From NCBI GenBank assembly GCA_947458915.1, contig CANHAE010000001.1, positions 1,366 to 65,365 of the forward strand: a DNA stretch of 64,000 nucleotides, given 5' to 3'. This document shows positions 38,195 to 47,847 of this stretch, piece by piece (position 1 is the stretch's first letter; each line of letters begins with the position of its first letter). The notes below the pieces were generated by a model, which saw only the letters and a list, made by a program, of their open reading frames with translations, was not told the origin of the DNA and searched no databases. This stretch comes from Bacteroidota bacterium. GTDB taxonomy: Bacteria > Bacteroidota > Bacteroidia > Chitinophagales > Chitinophagaceae. Made by a program: the position numbers and the translations under genes.

Positions 38195-41100
38195 ATGGAA
38201 AGTATTGTTCAAAACAGTAAAAAAACAGCCGAACTAGCTAAAGAAAAAGCGACGTTACAGGTGATGGATGGAAATGAAGCTGCTGTTTACATAGCCTATA
38301 AGACAAGTGAAGTATGTGCAATTTATCCAATTACTCCTTCTTCCACTATGGGAGAGTTTGCAGAAGAATGGAGCAGCGATGACAAAGTAAATATCTTCGG
38401 AGAGATCCCAAAAATAATTGAAATGCAAAGTGAAGCAGGTGCAGCTGGAGCTATTCACGGCGCATTACAAGGAGGTGCACTTGCATCCACTTTTACCTGT
38501 TCACAAGGGTTATTGTTAATGATACCTAACATGTATAAAATAGCAGGTGAATTAACGCCTACCGTTTTTCATATTGCAGCAAGGGCACTTGCAACACACG
38601 CACTATCTATTTTTGGAGACCATAGTGATGTAATGGCAGTGCGTTCTACAGGATTTGCAATGTTATTCGGCAATAACGCACAACAGGCACATGACATGGC
38701 AATGATCGCTACCGCAGCCTCTTTAAAAGCGAGCCTTCCGTTTTTAAATATATTTGATGGTTTTAGAACTTCGCATGAAATAAACGAAGTACAAGTTTTG
38801 CCTGACTACATTATAAAAGAAATGATTGATGAAAATGAAGTAGCACGTCACAGACAAAGATCCTTGAATCCCGAAAACCCATTTATACGTGGTACGGCAC
38901 AAAATGCTGACGTCTATTTTCAAAGTCGTGAAGCATGTAATAAATACCATTGGAACACTCCAGGTATTGTAGAGGATACTATGAAAAAGTTTGAAGCTTT
39001 AACGGGTCGTTCTTATAAATTATTTGAATACCATGGACATCCAGCAGCAGAACGTATTATAATTATAATGGGTTCAGGTGCTGGCACAGTAGGTGAGACA
39101 GTAAAATACTTAAACGATAAAGGAGAAAAAACTGGATACCTTACAGTACACTTATTCCGTCCCTTTTCAATTGACCACTTTATAAAAGCAATTCCAAGTA
39201 CTGTTAAACAAATTGCTGTATTAGACAGATGTAAAGAAACTGGCGCAATTGGTGAGCCCTTATATATGGATGTAATTAATGCATTACATAATGGATGGGA
39301 AGGGGTTATGCCAAAGGTAATTGGCGGACGTTATGGTTTAGCATCAAAAGAATTTAATCCAGGAATGGTTAAAACAATTTTTGAAGAATTAACTAAAACA
39401 AAACCTAAAAATGGTTTCACCGTTGGCATTGAAGACGATATCACCCATACAAGTTTAGCTTACGATAAAAACTTTTCCCTTGAAAACCAACATTTATTCC
39501 GTGGCTTGTTCTTCGGATTAGGCGCAGACGGTACGGTTAGTGCAAACAAAAATACAATCAAAATAATTGGCGATGTTACCAATTATCATGTACAGGCTTA
39601 CTTTGTATATGATTCTAAAAAATCAGGTTCTTTAACTGTATCTCACTTACGTTTTAGTGACCATGCCATAAATTCAACATATTTAATTAATTCGGCCAAC
39701 TTTATAGCATGCCATCACTTCCACTATTTAGAAACTTTTGACATTCTAAAGGATGCACAACATGGCGCTACCTTCTTATTAAATGCGCCTTTTAAAACAG
39801 AAGAAGTATGGCACCATTTACCTCATAAAATTCAGTCTGAAATCATTGAAAAACAATTGAAGTTTTATGTGATTAATGCTTCTAAAGTGGCTAAGGATAC
39901 AGGGATGGGATCACGGATTAATTCCATATTACAAACCTGCTTTTTTGCAATTTCTAATATCATGCCAAAAGATCACGCTATTACTGCTATTAAAAACGCA
40001 GTTAAAAAAACCTATGGTAAAAAAGGAGAGGCTGTGGTTCAAAAGAATTTTGATGCAATAGATAAAACACTTGAAAACTTATCACTACTCGATTATACAG
40101 GATTCGCCATCGGCAATATTGAAATTACCCCTGCAGTAACAAGCAATGCTCCCGCATTCGTGAAAAATGTGCTAGCTAAAATAATTTCAGGAGAAGGAGA
40201 CGATTTACCTGTAAGTGCATTCCCCGCAGACGGTACCTACCCTTCGGCCACCACTAAATATGAGAAGCGAAATATTGCAGAACAAGTGCCGGTTTGGGAT
40301 CCAAGTTTATGTTCACAATGTGGCAAGTGTTTCTTTGTTTGTCCACATGCAGCTATTCGCCCTAAAGTATATGATGCAAGCCAACTAGACAAAGCACCTG
40401 ACTTTTTTAAACACGTGGCCCCCATTGGGAAAGAATTCATGAAAGATACTGAGGCCTATACATTACAAGTAGCTGTGGAAGATTGTACTGGCTGTAACTT
40501 GTGCGTTGAAGTTTGTCCAATTGAAAGTAAAACTGAAATAGGTCACAAAGCAATTAATATGCAAGATGTGATTCCTTTAAAAGAAACTGAGAAAAAGAAT
40601 TGGGACTTCTTCTTATCACTGCCTGATATTGATAGAACAAGAATTACCAAAACCACGGTTAAAGGTTCTCAATTCTTAGAACCTTTATTTGAGTTTTCTG
40701 GAGCTTGTAGCGGTTGTGGTGAAACACCTTACTTAAAGCTATTAACCCAATTATTTGGAGATAGAATGTTGGTAGCAAACGCAACTGGTTGTTCTTCAAT
40801 TTTTGGAGGAAACCTTCCTACCACACCTTGGAGCATTAACGCTGCGGGAAACGGACCAGCTTGGGCCAACTCCTTGTTCGAGGACAATGCAGAATTTGGA
40901 TTAGGTATTAAATTAGCAACTGACATGAAACGCCAATACGCAATTTCTTTATTAAAAACAATTAGAGAAGATGTCGGCGTTGAATTAACAGACGCAATTT
41001 TAGATAACAAAGAAGAAGACGAAACAGCCATCATAAAACAACGTTTAGCTGTAAATGAAGTAAAAAATAAATTAAAAAATATAAGCAACCCAGCCGCGAC

Positions 41101-41770
41101 ATTACTAAGCCAAGTAGCTGGATTCCTAGAGAAAAAATCGATGTGGATTGTGGGTGGTGATGGTTGGGCATATGATATTGGTTTTAGTGGATTAGACCAT
41201 GTATTGAGTACTGGCGAAAACGTAAACATACTCGTATTAGATACTGAAGTATATTCAAATACAGGGGGCCAAAAATCTAAATCATCTCCGATTGGAGCAA
41301 GTGCTAAATTTTCAGTTAAAGGAAAAACAACAGGCAAAAAGGATTTAGCAATGCAAGCAATGGCACACGGTAATGCATATGTGGCAGAAATAGCAATGGG
41401 CGCTAACGACGTACATGCATTAAAAACTATACTCGAAGCTGAAGCTTACCCAGGGCCTTCAATTATTATTGCTTACAGCCATTGTATAGCACACGGATAC
41501 GATATGTGCCATGGATTGGATCAACAAGCTTTAGCAGTTAAGTCGGGTTACTGGCCTTTATTCCGATTCAATCCAATGAATGAAAAGGGAAAACGATTTA
41601 TATTAGATAGCAAGGATCCTTCCATCCCAATGGAGGAATTTATGTACAATGAAAACCGTTTCGCAACTATTAAAAATAACGCCCCTGAAAAAGCGCATGA
41701 ATTTTTAGATATGGCTAATGAAGGAATGCATACTAGATTAGAAAAACTACTTGCTTTTAAAAACCTGTAA
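38195..41770 (+). CDS. nifJ: Pyruvate:ferredoxin/flavodoxin oxidoreductase (homodimeric)
   Basis: YPITPS, EMQSE, GGRYGL, GLGADGTV, two CxxCxxCxxxCP motifs, GACSGCGE, GGDGWAYDIG TPP motif; ATG at 38195 preferred. Confidence 0.95.
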   Translation: MESIVQNSKKTAELAKEKATLQVMDGNEAAVYIAYKTSEVCAIYPITPSSTMGEFAEEWSSDDKVNIFGEIPKIIEMQSEAGAAGAIHGALQGGALASTFTCSQGLLLMIPNMYKIAGELTPTVFHIAARALATHALSIFGDHSDVMAVRSTGFAMLFGNNAQQAHDMAMIATAASLKASLPFLNIFDGFRTSHEINEVQVLPDYIIKEMIDENEVARHRQRSLNPENPFIRGTAQNADVYFQSREACNKYHWNTPGIVEDTMKKFEALTGRSYKLFEYHGHPAAERIIIIMGSGAGTVGETVKYLNDKGEKTGYLTVHLFRPFSIDHFIKAIPSTVKQIAVLDRCKETGAIGEPLYMDVINALHNGWEGVMPKVIGGRYGLASKEFNPGMVKTIFEELTKTKPKNGFTVGIEDDITHTSLAYDKNFSLENQHLFRGLFFGLGADGTVSANKNTIKIIGDVTNYHVQAYFVYDSKKSGSLTVSHLRFSDHAINSTYLINSANFIACHHFHYLETFDILKDAQHGATFLLNAPFKTEEVWHHLPHKIQSEIIEKQLKFYVINASKVAKDTGMGSRINSILQTCFFAISNIMPKDHAITAIKNAVKKTYGKKGEAVVQKNFDAIDKTLENLSLLDYTGFAIGNIEITPAVTSNAPAFVKNVLAKIISGEGDDLPVSAFPADGTYPSATTKYEKRNIAEQVPVWDPSLCSQCGKCFFVCPHAAIRPKVYDASQLDKAPDFFKHVAPIGKEFMKDTEAYTLQVAVEDCTGCNLCVEVCPIESKTEIGHKAINMQDVIPLKETEKKNWDFFLSLPDIDRTRITKTTVKGSQFLEPLFEFSGACSGCGETPYLKLLTQLFGDRMLVANATGCSSIFGGNLPTTPWSINAAGNGPAWANSLFEDNAEFGLGIKLATDMKRQYAISLLKTIREDVGVELTDAILDNKEEDETAIIKQRLAVNEVKNKLKNISNPAATLLSQVAGFLEKKSMWIVGGDGWAYDIGFSGLDHVLSTGENVNILVLDTEVYSNTGGQKSKSSPIGASAKFSVKGKTTGKKDLAMQAMAHGNAYVAEIAMGANDVHALKTILEAEAYPGPSIIIAYSHCIAHGYDMCHGLDQQALAVKSGYWPLFRFNPMNEKGKRFILDSKDPSIPMEEFMYNENRFATIKNNAPEKAHEFLDMANEGMHTRLEKLLAFKNL

Positions 41771-41825
41771 CTAAATTATTAATATTAGCAATCCATGGAT
41801 TAATCTCAAAGCCTTTTAGTCAACC

Positions 41826-41935
41826 ATGAGCCAAGCCTGCCAATCCCCATTTACGGGACTGGCTGCTTCCCGTACTGGACTTACTCAAACCTTTTCAACA
41901 GTCCCGATGCTCGAGACTGTTGGGATTTTTTATTT
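41826..41935 (+). ncRNA. Probable small structured ncRNA with its own terminator (possibly Flavo-1-like)
   Basis: Nested stems TGAG/CTCA and GCCAATCCC/GGGACTGGC, alternative pair TACGGGA/TCCCGTA, then a CAACAGTC/GACTGTTG hairpin with a T tract. Confidence 0.5.
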
Positions 41936-41972
41936 CTTCGCAAATTCAAGCAAGCTTGTTTTGCTCTTTAAT

Positions 41973-42004
41973 AAAAAATCCTTTCAACTTTGTTGAAAGG
42001 ATTT
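41973..42004 (-). terminator. Terminator downstream of the tRNA
   Basis: AAATCCTTTCAAC-TTT-GTTGAAAGGATTT hairpin with an A tract. Confidence 0.8.
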
Positions 42005-42005
42005 G

Positions 42006-42077
42006 TGGCCTCGCCAAGAATCGAACTTGGATTTGGAGTTTCGGAAACTCATGTACTATCCATTATACTACAAGGCC
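42006..42077 (-). tRNA. tRNA-Arg (CCG)
   Basis: Acceptor stem GGCCTTG/CGAGGCC, D-loop AGTATAATGGATA, anticodon loop TT-CCG-AA, T-loop GTTCGATTC; CCA not encoded. Confidence 0.92.
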
Positions 42078-42116
42078 AATAAAATTGAGATTTGACAAAA
42101 GTAAGGGAAAGATAAT

Positions 42117-43349
42117 TTAAGGCCGCCGAAATATAATGCGTAACGCAGCTGGCAAGAATATATGTGTTGGCAAAGAACGCATCACATTAATGTCATCCAT
42201 TAAACTTGATGTATTAGATAAGAATTTAAAAATAGTAGCTGCCTTATTATTTTTGAAAATACGACTGAAAATTTCCTTACCCTCCATTTTTTTATTTTTC
42301 AGGATATATAACAAAACGGCGTCATAAAATCGATGCCTTGTATTATGCATTTGTGTATTTATAAGTGCCCCTTTTTCTAGTTGACTAACTATTTGCCTTG
42401 ACTGTGCCTGAATAAACTGAAAGGCATAACCGGTGCTAGCCTTAACCGCACCCGATAAAGTACCGATACTATATATTGGCGAATTCATTTGCTCAAATTT
42501 ATGTTGGGTCATAGGAATTGCCCCTAATTCCTCATGTACAATTGTATATTGCGCTTGAGGATAGTTTGTTTTAATAAAATCAGCCAAGTAGTTACTCAAT
42601 ACATTGTCGTACTCCGTTTTGACTAAAATTTTCTCTGAAAATAATGTGTATTCAACGAGCGCCTTTTTATCCGTTAATGGAAGTATATACATAAAGGCAG
42701 TAGCGCCCATTTGAGGAACATTAAAATCCATTAAACGTGCTTCGTTTTCATTAAACACAGAAGTATCAAATTCAACTAAAATGCCTTTGAAATGTTGCCA
42801 TAAGAAGGGAGTTGACGTATTTGTTATTGCAGCATTAAATTTATTATTTACATCAGAAAAATTAACTTGAAACTGAATAGGTACGATACTTGAAAAAACA
42901 GAAGTTGCACTTTCCGAAGTACCACCTTGTAAGTGCACAGTTCCAATTGTTCCGGTGGTTGTTATTTTAGTAATAAGGCCTTCTTGCCAAGTAATGTTCA
43001 AATGTTGTTTGGCTAAGTTAATTATATAATGATAGTAGTCTATACCTTGCACCATTTTATAAGTAAAAGGGGCCGTAGGCAATGTTTTGCTCAAAGAACC
43101 ATTATGAATAGTTATAGTATCCCACTTTTTGCATACTAATTGTTCAAATGCGCCAGCAGTATCTTCCCAATAGCACCAAGTTCGGTCGTTGGACTTTTTG
43201 AAATTTTTATCTATTACTAATATGCGTTTATGTCTTAATAAAGGAGATTGCAGTAAATGATAAAGCAATGAAAGCCCTGCGCATCCTGCCCCAGCAATAA
43301 TGAAATCGTATGATCTTGTATTTTTCAAATTAGTAACAGCGCTATCCAT
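42117..43349 (-). CDS. crtY: Lycopene cyclase
   Basis: GAGCAGLSL, DRTWCYW, LMDF, KASTGYAF; lies in the crt cluster. Confidence 0.85.
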   Translation of the reverse strand: MDSAVTNLKNTRSYDFIIAGAGCAGLSLLYHLLQSPLLRHKRILVIDKNFKKSNDRTWCYWEDTAGAFEQLVCKKWDTITIHNGSLSKTLPTAPFTYKMVQGIDYYHYIINLAKQHLNITWQEGLITKITTTGTIGTVHLQGGTSESATSVFSSIVPIQFQVNFSDVNNKFNAAITNTSTPFLWQHFKGILVEFDTSVFNENEARLMDFNVPQMGATAFMYILPLTDKKALVEYTLFSEKILVKTEYDNVLSNYLADFIKTNYPQAQYTIVHEELGAIPMTQHKFEQMNSPIYSIGTLSGAVKASTGYAFQFIQAQSRQIVSQLEKGALINTQMHNTRHRFYDAVLLYILKNKKMEGKEIFSRIFKNNKAATIFKFLSNTSSLMDDINVMRSLPTHIFLPAALRIIFRRP

Positions 43350-43815
43350 TTTTTTGAATCAATTCGTCGCGGCGTACTTTATCCCAATATTTTTTAGCAA
43401 CTATAAGCATACCAAAACTTTCTCCTTCTTCTTTTCCAATATGTTTATGGTGCATCTTATGAGCCCAACGGATTGCTTTAATATACCTGTTATTAGATTT
43501 TGTAAACCATTTAATGCGTTGATGTATAATAACTTCGTGAACCATAAAATAAGCAAAACCATACATAGCAATACCAGTACCTATGCCTGATAACCAAGGC
43601 ATACCATTAAATGTACCATAAAAAATACATGCCATACTTGGCAATGCAAATATTACAAAAAACCAGTCGTTCTTTTCAAAAAAATGACCAGTTGGTTGAT
43701 GATGGTCCTCATGCAAGTACCACAAAAATCCATGCATTACAAAACGGTGAGTTAACCATGTTATCCCTTCCATAATGGAGAAAGTCACTAGCATGCTGAT
43801 TAAAAATAATAACAT
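43342..43815 (-). CDS. crtZ: Beta-carotene hydroxylase
   Basis: His boxes HRFVMHG, HEDHH, HEVIIHQR, HKMHH; FEKND. Confidence 0.9.
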   Translation of the reverse strand: MLLFLISMLVTFSIMEGITWLTHRFVMHGFLWYLHEDHHQPTGHFFEKNDWFFVIFALPSMACIFYGTFNGMPWLSGIGTGIAMYGFAYFMVHEVIIHQRIKWFTKSNNRYIKAIRWAHKMHHKHIGKEEGESFGMLIVAKKYWDKVRRDELIQKNG

Positions 43816-43842
43816 AGGAAAGGTTTTATGATTACAAAGCTA

Positions 43843-44685
43843 CTACAACAAATTTAAGGTTGTACGAACTTTAGCGTTTAATAAAATTAATAATTTATTT
43901 AAATCTGGTATTCTAATCCTGGTTTTCAAAATAGAATGCGCATGCATCCGTTTTATTTTCTTGAATAAGGAGTAATAATATTTGAAAGCAACATATACTC
44001 CAAAACGACACTTAATAGGCAAAGCCTTAATACCTAATAAAGCAGCCTCAAAATCAGCTTGAATGTCGGCTTCGATAGCATCCTTATCGGCCTGAGTGAA
44101 ATTTGAAAAGTCACAATCAGGGAAATACATTCTTTCTAGGCCTTCGAAATCGGCTTTAATATCTCTCAGAAAATTTACCTTCTGAAAAGCAGCGCCTAAC
44201 CTTTGTGCAGAAGGCTTTAATTGTTCAAGTTGGCTTAAATTTCCATCACAAAAAATATATAAACACATTAATCCAACTACTTCAGCACTTCCATAAATAT
44301 AAGTGTTGTAAGAATCCAAATTATGTTCTTGCTTGCTTAAATCCATTTCCATACTTACTAAAAAAGCATCTAATAACGACCTATCAATTTTATACTGATT
44401 AAATGTCAATTGGAACCTATGTAAAATTGGGTTTAAACTAATTCCGGTTTCTAAGGCTGCATAAGTATCTGCCTTGAATTGTTTTAATAAATGCTCTTTA
44501 TCATAATCGTGAAAAGTATCTACGATTTCATCTGCAAAACGCACGAAACCATAAATATCGTAAATAGGTTGCCTTATGTCCTTATGCAATAACCCAATAG
44601 CTGAAGAAAAGCTTGAGCTATATAACAAAGTTGTGTATTTACTGCTTTGCGCTGTTACTTCGTTGTATAATTTTAATGAAGACAT
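43843..44685 (-). CDS. crtB: Phytoene synthase
   Basis: FVRFADEIVD, YIYGSAEVVGLMC, AFQKVNFLRD. Confidence 0.92.
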   Translation of the reverse strand: MSSLKLYNEVTAQSSKYTTLLYSSSFSSAIGLLHKDIRQPIYDIYGFVRFADEIVDTFHDYDKEHLLKQFKADTYAALETGISLNPILHRFQLTFNQYKIDRSLLDAFLVSMEMDLSKQEHNLDSYNTYIYGSAEVVGLMCLYIFCDGNLSQLEQLKPSAQRLGAAFQKVNFLRDIKADFEGLERMYFPDCDFSNFTQADKDAIEADIQADFEAALLGIKALPIKCRFGVYVAFKYYYSLFKKIKRMHAHSILKTRIRIPDLNKLLILLNAKVRTTLNLL

Positions 44686-44693
44686 GTATACTT

Positions 44694-46196
44694 TTACTTA
44701 TTATGTATTTTATCAACTAATGTAGCTACTACTTCGCCGCTAATTAAACTTGGTGGCACACCGGGACCAGGAATAGTTAGTTGTCCCGTGTAATATAAGT
44801 TATTTACTTTTTTACTCTTACAACTTGGTTTTAAATTAGCAGTTTGTAACAAAGTATTAGCTAAACCATAAGCGTTACCCCTAAATGAATGATAGTCGTC
44901 TTTAAATTCAGTCACCGAGTAAGAACGTTTATAAATAATGGAGTCTTTAATAGTATGACCACTTCTTTTTTCGAGTCGTTCAATTATGTCGTTAAAATAA
45001 ATTGCTCTCACTTCTTCAGTATCTCCTTCTAAACCTGCTGCAATAGGTATTAATAAAAATAAGTTTTCACAACCTTCAGGTGCAACGGTAGGGTCGGTCA
45101 CCGAAGGTAAACTTGCATAAAAAAGAGGCTTTGTTGGCCATTTAGGATCACTATAAATTTCCTTTCCATGCAATCCAAAATCGGTATCGAAAAATAAATT
45201 ATGGTGTAATAAGCCTGGTAATTTTTTATTCAGTCCTACATAAAATAATAATGAGCTAGGTGCCATTACCCTGCTGTCCCAATAAGCAGTAGAATAAGAC
45301 TGATACTTTTGAGGAAGCAATTCAGTTTCAATATGATGATAATCACCGGCACCAACTAGTACATCAAACGTATAAAGCTGCTCTTCCCCAGACCCATAAA
45401 GCTTTGTAGTTAAGGATGTAGCTGCGCCATTGTTCACTTCTATATGAATTACTTCTTCACTCAAATTAAATTTTACACCTAAAGAAACCGCTACATCATG
45501 CATTGCTTGTACAATACTATACATGCCAAATTCAGGATACCAAGTACCCCCTTTTATGTCACCATAATTCATTAAACTATATAAAGCAGGCGTATTTTCA
45601 GGCAAAGCCCCCAAAAACAACACTGGAAATTCCATCAAAAATTGAATTGACGGATGCTTAAAATATTTAGCTACATGCTTTTTCATTGATTGAAATACAT
45701 CTAACTTAAATACACCTTTTATTAAATCAATATCTAATAATTCTGTAACTGAAATTCCTGGTTTATATACAATTTTCCCTACGCCCACTTCATATTTATA
45801 CTTAGCTTCTTCAAGAAAAGCATCCAGTGCTTTAGCAGCACCTGGTTCTATTGATTCTAGTAAATTTCTTAAGGCGTCGTAGTTGGCTGGTAAGTCCCAA
45901 GCTTCTTTTTCAAAGTAAACACGGTAGGAAGGGTCTAGCCTTTGTAATTTATAATAGTCGGCAACTTTTTTGCCAAATTTTTCGAAATAGTTTTCAAACA
46001 CATCAGGCATCCAATACCAACTTGGTCCCATGTCAAAAGTGAAACCTTCTGCACTATATTTTCGTGCACGCCCACCGGGTAAATTATTTTTTTCAATTAT
46101 AGTTACATCCCAACCCTTTTGCGCTAAAAATGAAGCAGCTGACATACCTGCAAATCCAGCTCCTATTACAATTACTTTTTTAGTTGGGGTTGACAT
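44694..46196 (-). CDS. crtI: Phytoene desaturase
   Basis: IGAGFAG, GFTFDMGPSWYWMP, PGPGVPPSLISG. Confidence 0.92.
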   Translation of the reverse strand: MSTPTKKVIVIGAGFAGMSAASFLAQKGWDVTIIEKNNLPGGRARKYSAEGFTFDMGPSWYWMPDVFENYFEKFGKKVADYYKLQRLDPSYRVYFEKEAWDLPANYDALRNLLESIEPGAAKALDAFLEEAKYKYEVGVGKIVYKPGISVTELLDIDLIKGVFKLDVFQSMKKHVAKYFKHPSIQFLMEFPVLFLGALPENTPALYSLMNYGDIKGGTWYPEFGMYSIVQAMHDVAVSLGVKFNLSEEVIHIEVNNGAATSLTTKLYGSGEEQLYTFDVLVGAGDYHHIETELLPQKYQSYSTAYWDSRVMAPSSLLFYVGLNKKLPGLLHHNLFFDTDFGLHGKEIYSDPKWPTKPLFYASLPSVTDPTVAPEGCENLFLLIPIAAGLEGDTEEVRAIYFNDIIERLEKRSGHTIKDSIIYKRSYSVTEFKDDYHSFRGNAYGLANTLLQTANLKPSCKSKKVNNLYYTGQLTIPGPGVPPSLISGEVVATLVDKIHNK

Positions 46197-46200
46197 GAAA

Positions 46201-46701
46201 TTAATAACGTTGAACTTTTTGTTTTAGTATTTTCCTAGCAAAGTGTATTCTACTTTTAATGGTACCTAAAGGTTCATTTAGTGCATCAGCGATTTCGTTA
46301 TACTTATATCCTTCAAAGTATAAATTAAAAGGTGTCCTAAATAATTCAGGTAAATCAAATATCAACTGCTTTACCTCCTTCAAATTTAAGTTAGTTATTC
46401 CATCATTCAATACCTTGTTACTAGTTTGGTCAATTAAAAAATCGTTAGGCGAATAGTCTAAAACGGTAGATTGTTTAGCCTTACGACGGTAATCATTTAT
46501 AAAAATATTACGCATTATAGTGTACAACCATGCCTTAATATTAGTACCCACGTTATATTTTTCTTTATTAGATAAAGCACGGAATAAAGTTTCTTGGAAT
46601 AAGTCCTTTGCTGCCTCGTGATCCTTTGTAAGATTAATAGCAAATGGTCTTAAAAACTCGGCGTTTTCGGTAAGTAAGATGCTAAATTCTGCGTTTGACA
46701 T
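46201..46701 (-). CDS. ECF sigma-70 factor heading the crt operon
   Basis: DLFQET, AWLYTIMRNIFIN, Y.EIA..L..PLGTIKSRIHFARK. Confidence 0.9.
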   Translation of the reverse strand: MSNAEFSILLTENAEFLRPFAINLTKDHEAAKDLFQETLFRALSNKEKYNVGTNIKAWLYTIMRNIFINDYRRKAKQSTVLDYSPNDFLIDQTSNKVLNDGITNLNLKEVKQLIFDLPELFRTPFNLYFEGYKYNEIADALNEPLGTIKSRIHFARKILKQKVQRY

Positions 46702-46705
46702 AAAA

Positions 46706-46796
46706 TTTTGTTTAACGTTTATAAGACAAAGCTAAACAAAAAAGATTCACCCTTACTCATTTTTGTTTAATATTTTTTGTTAAAAGTTAAACAAAA
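46706..46796. promoter_or_regulatory. Twin TTTTGTTTAA-N16-(C/T)TAAACAAAA operators overlapping the -7 box (TAGCTTTG, minus strand 46727-46734)
   Basis: Dyads at 46706-46741 and 46761-46796, 55 bp apart. Confidence 0.65.
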
Positions 46797-46875
46797 TGAT
46801 AGATGGTAGACGTATAATTTAGGATGATTTAATATAAAAAACTTAACTTATTGAAAATAAGCAAGTTAAGTAGTA

Positions 46876-47754
46876 CTAAATTGAATTCATGAAATCTATC
46901 GTTTCTAAAAGGCTTCGTTTTAACTGAATATTAGATGCGACACTTCCTTTGTGTTCTTGGATAATTAAACCAGAGAGGACAATTGGTATGGTTTTATCAA
47001 TTTGACCTAATTGGTCCAGAAATTTATTAAACTTAAAATTTTTCGCCGGGGAAGTGATATGACTAAAAAGGAAGTCTACTTTTTTGAACTCTGTCAAAAA
47101 TTTAAGATCCACCACTGGGACATTTGTGCCTAAATAATCCACTCCAATGCCTTTTTGCTTCAATAAAAAATGAACATACAACAATCCTATTTCGTGAAAC
47201 TCTCCTTCCGGCATAAATAATACAACACGCTTTGGTGTTTGAACATAATTAGGTAGTTTTTCAATACCTAAAATTATTTTTTGTCTAAGGATATTTGTTG
47301 AAAGATGTTCCTGTGCAGGGTTGATATGATTGGTTATCCAAAGAATACCAACACGTTCAAGGAATGAAAATATTATTTCAATTATAGTTTTTTCGATCCC
47401 TTTTTGTGCAATATAATTATCCAACTGACGCTCAAAGGAAACCATATTTAACGAGACCATGTCCTTAATTAAATCGTTTACTACCTTTTCCTTTTGTGCA
47501 TCCAATTGATTCAACCCAAGGATTTTTTCCTCCATTTGAATGGTCGACATTTTGTCGATATGCGAGATCTTAAACCCGTATTTGTTTAATAAGGAAACGT
47601 TCAAGATTGTTTTTAATTCCTCTCCTGAATACGACCGAATATTAGTTTCAGTCCTTTTGGGCTGAAGAAAATTGTATCGCTGTTCCCAAACACGAATTGT
47701 GTGGGCCTTAATACCTGAGATTTGCTCTAAATCCTTAATGGTGTAAGTTGACAT
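46876..47754 (-). CDS. MerR-family B12-binding photoregulator (CarH/LitR type)
   Basis: MerR HTH (IKAHTIRVWEQRY), W-x9-EH (WITNHINPAQEH) and ExHxxG (EFHEIG). Confidence 0.85.
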   Translation of the reverse strand: MSTYTIKDLEQISGIKAHTIRVWEQRYNFLQPKRTETNIRSYSGEELKTILNVSLLNKYGFKISHIDKMSTIQMEEKILGLNQLDAQKEKVVNDLIKDMVSLNMVSFERQLDNYIAQKGIEKTIIEIIFSFLERVGILWITNHINPAQEHLSTNILRQKIILGIEKLPNYVQTPKRVVLFMPEGEFHEIGLLYVHFLLKQKGIGVDYLGTNVPVVDLKFLTEFKKVDFLFSHITSPAKNFKFNKFLDQLGQIDKTIPIVLSGLIIQEHKGSVASNIQLKRSLLETIDFMNSI

Positions 47755-47847
47755 ACACTAAGAACAATAAAAAGACAAATTAGTTCATTCTAATTTGCCT
47801 TTTGTGGTAATTCATTATACAGAACTAACATTCCCGCCAATTTTAAG

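Noticed and set aside
9406-42077. Genomic island integrated at tRNA-Arg
   Set aside because: No integrase and no duplicated tRNA 3' end seen by eye at plausible boundaries
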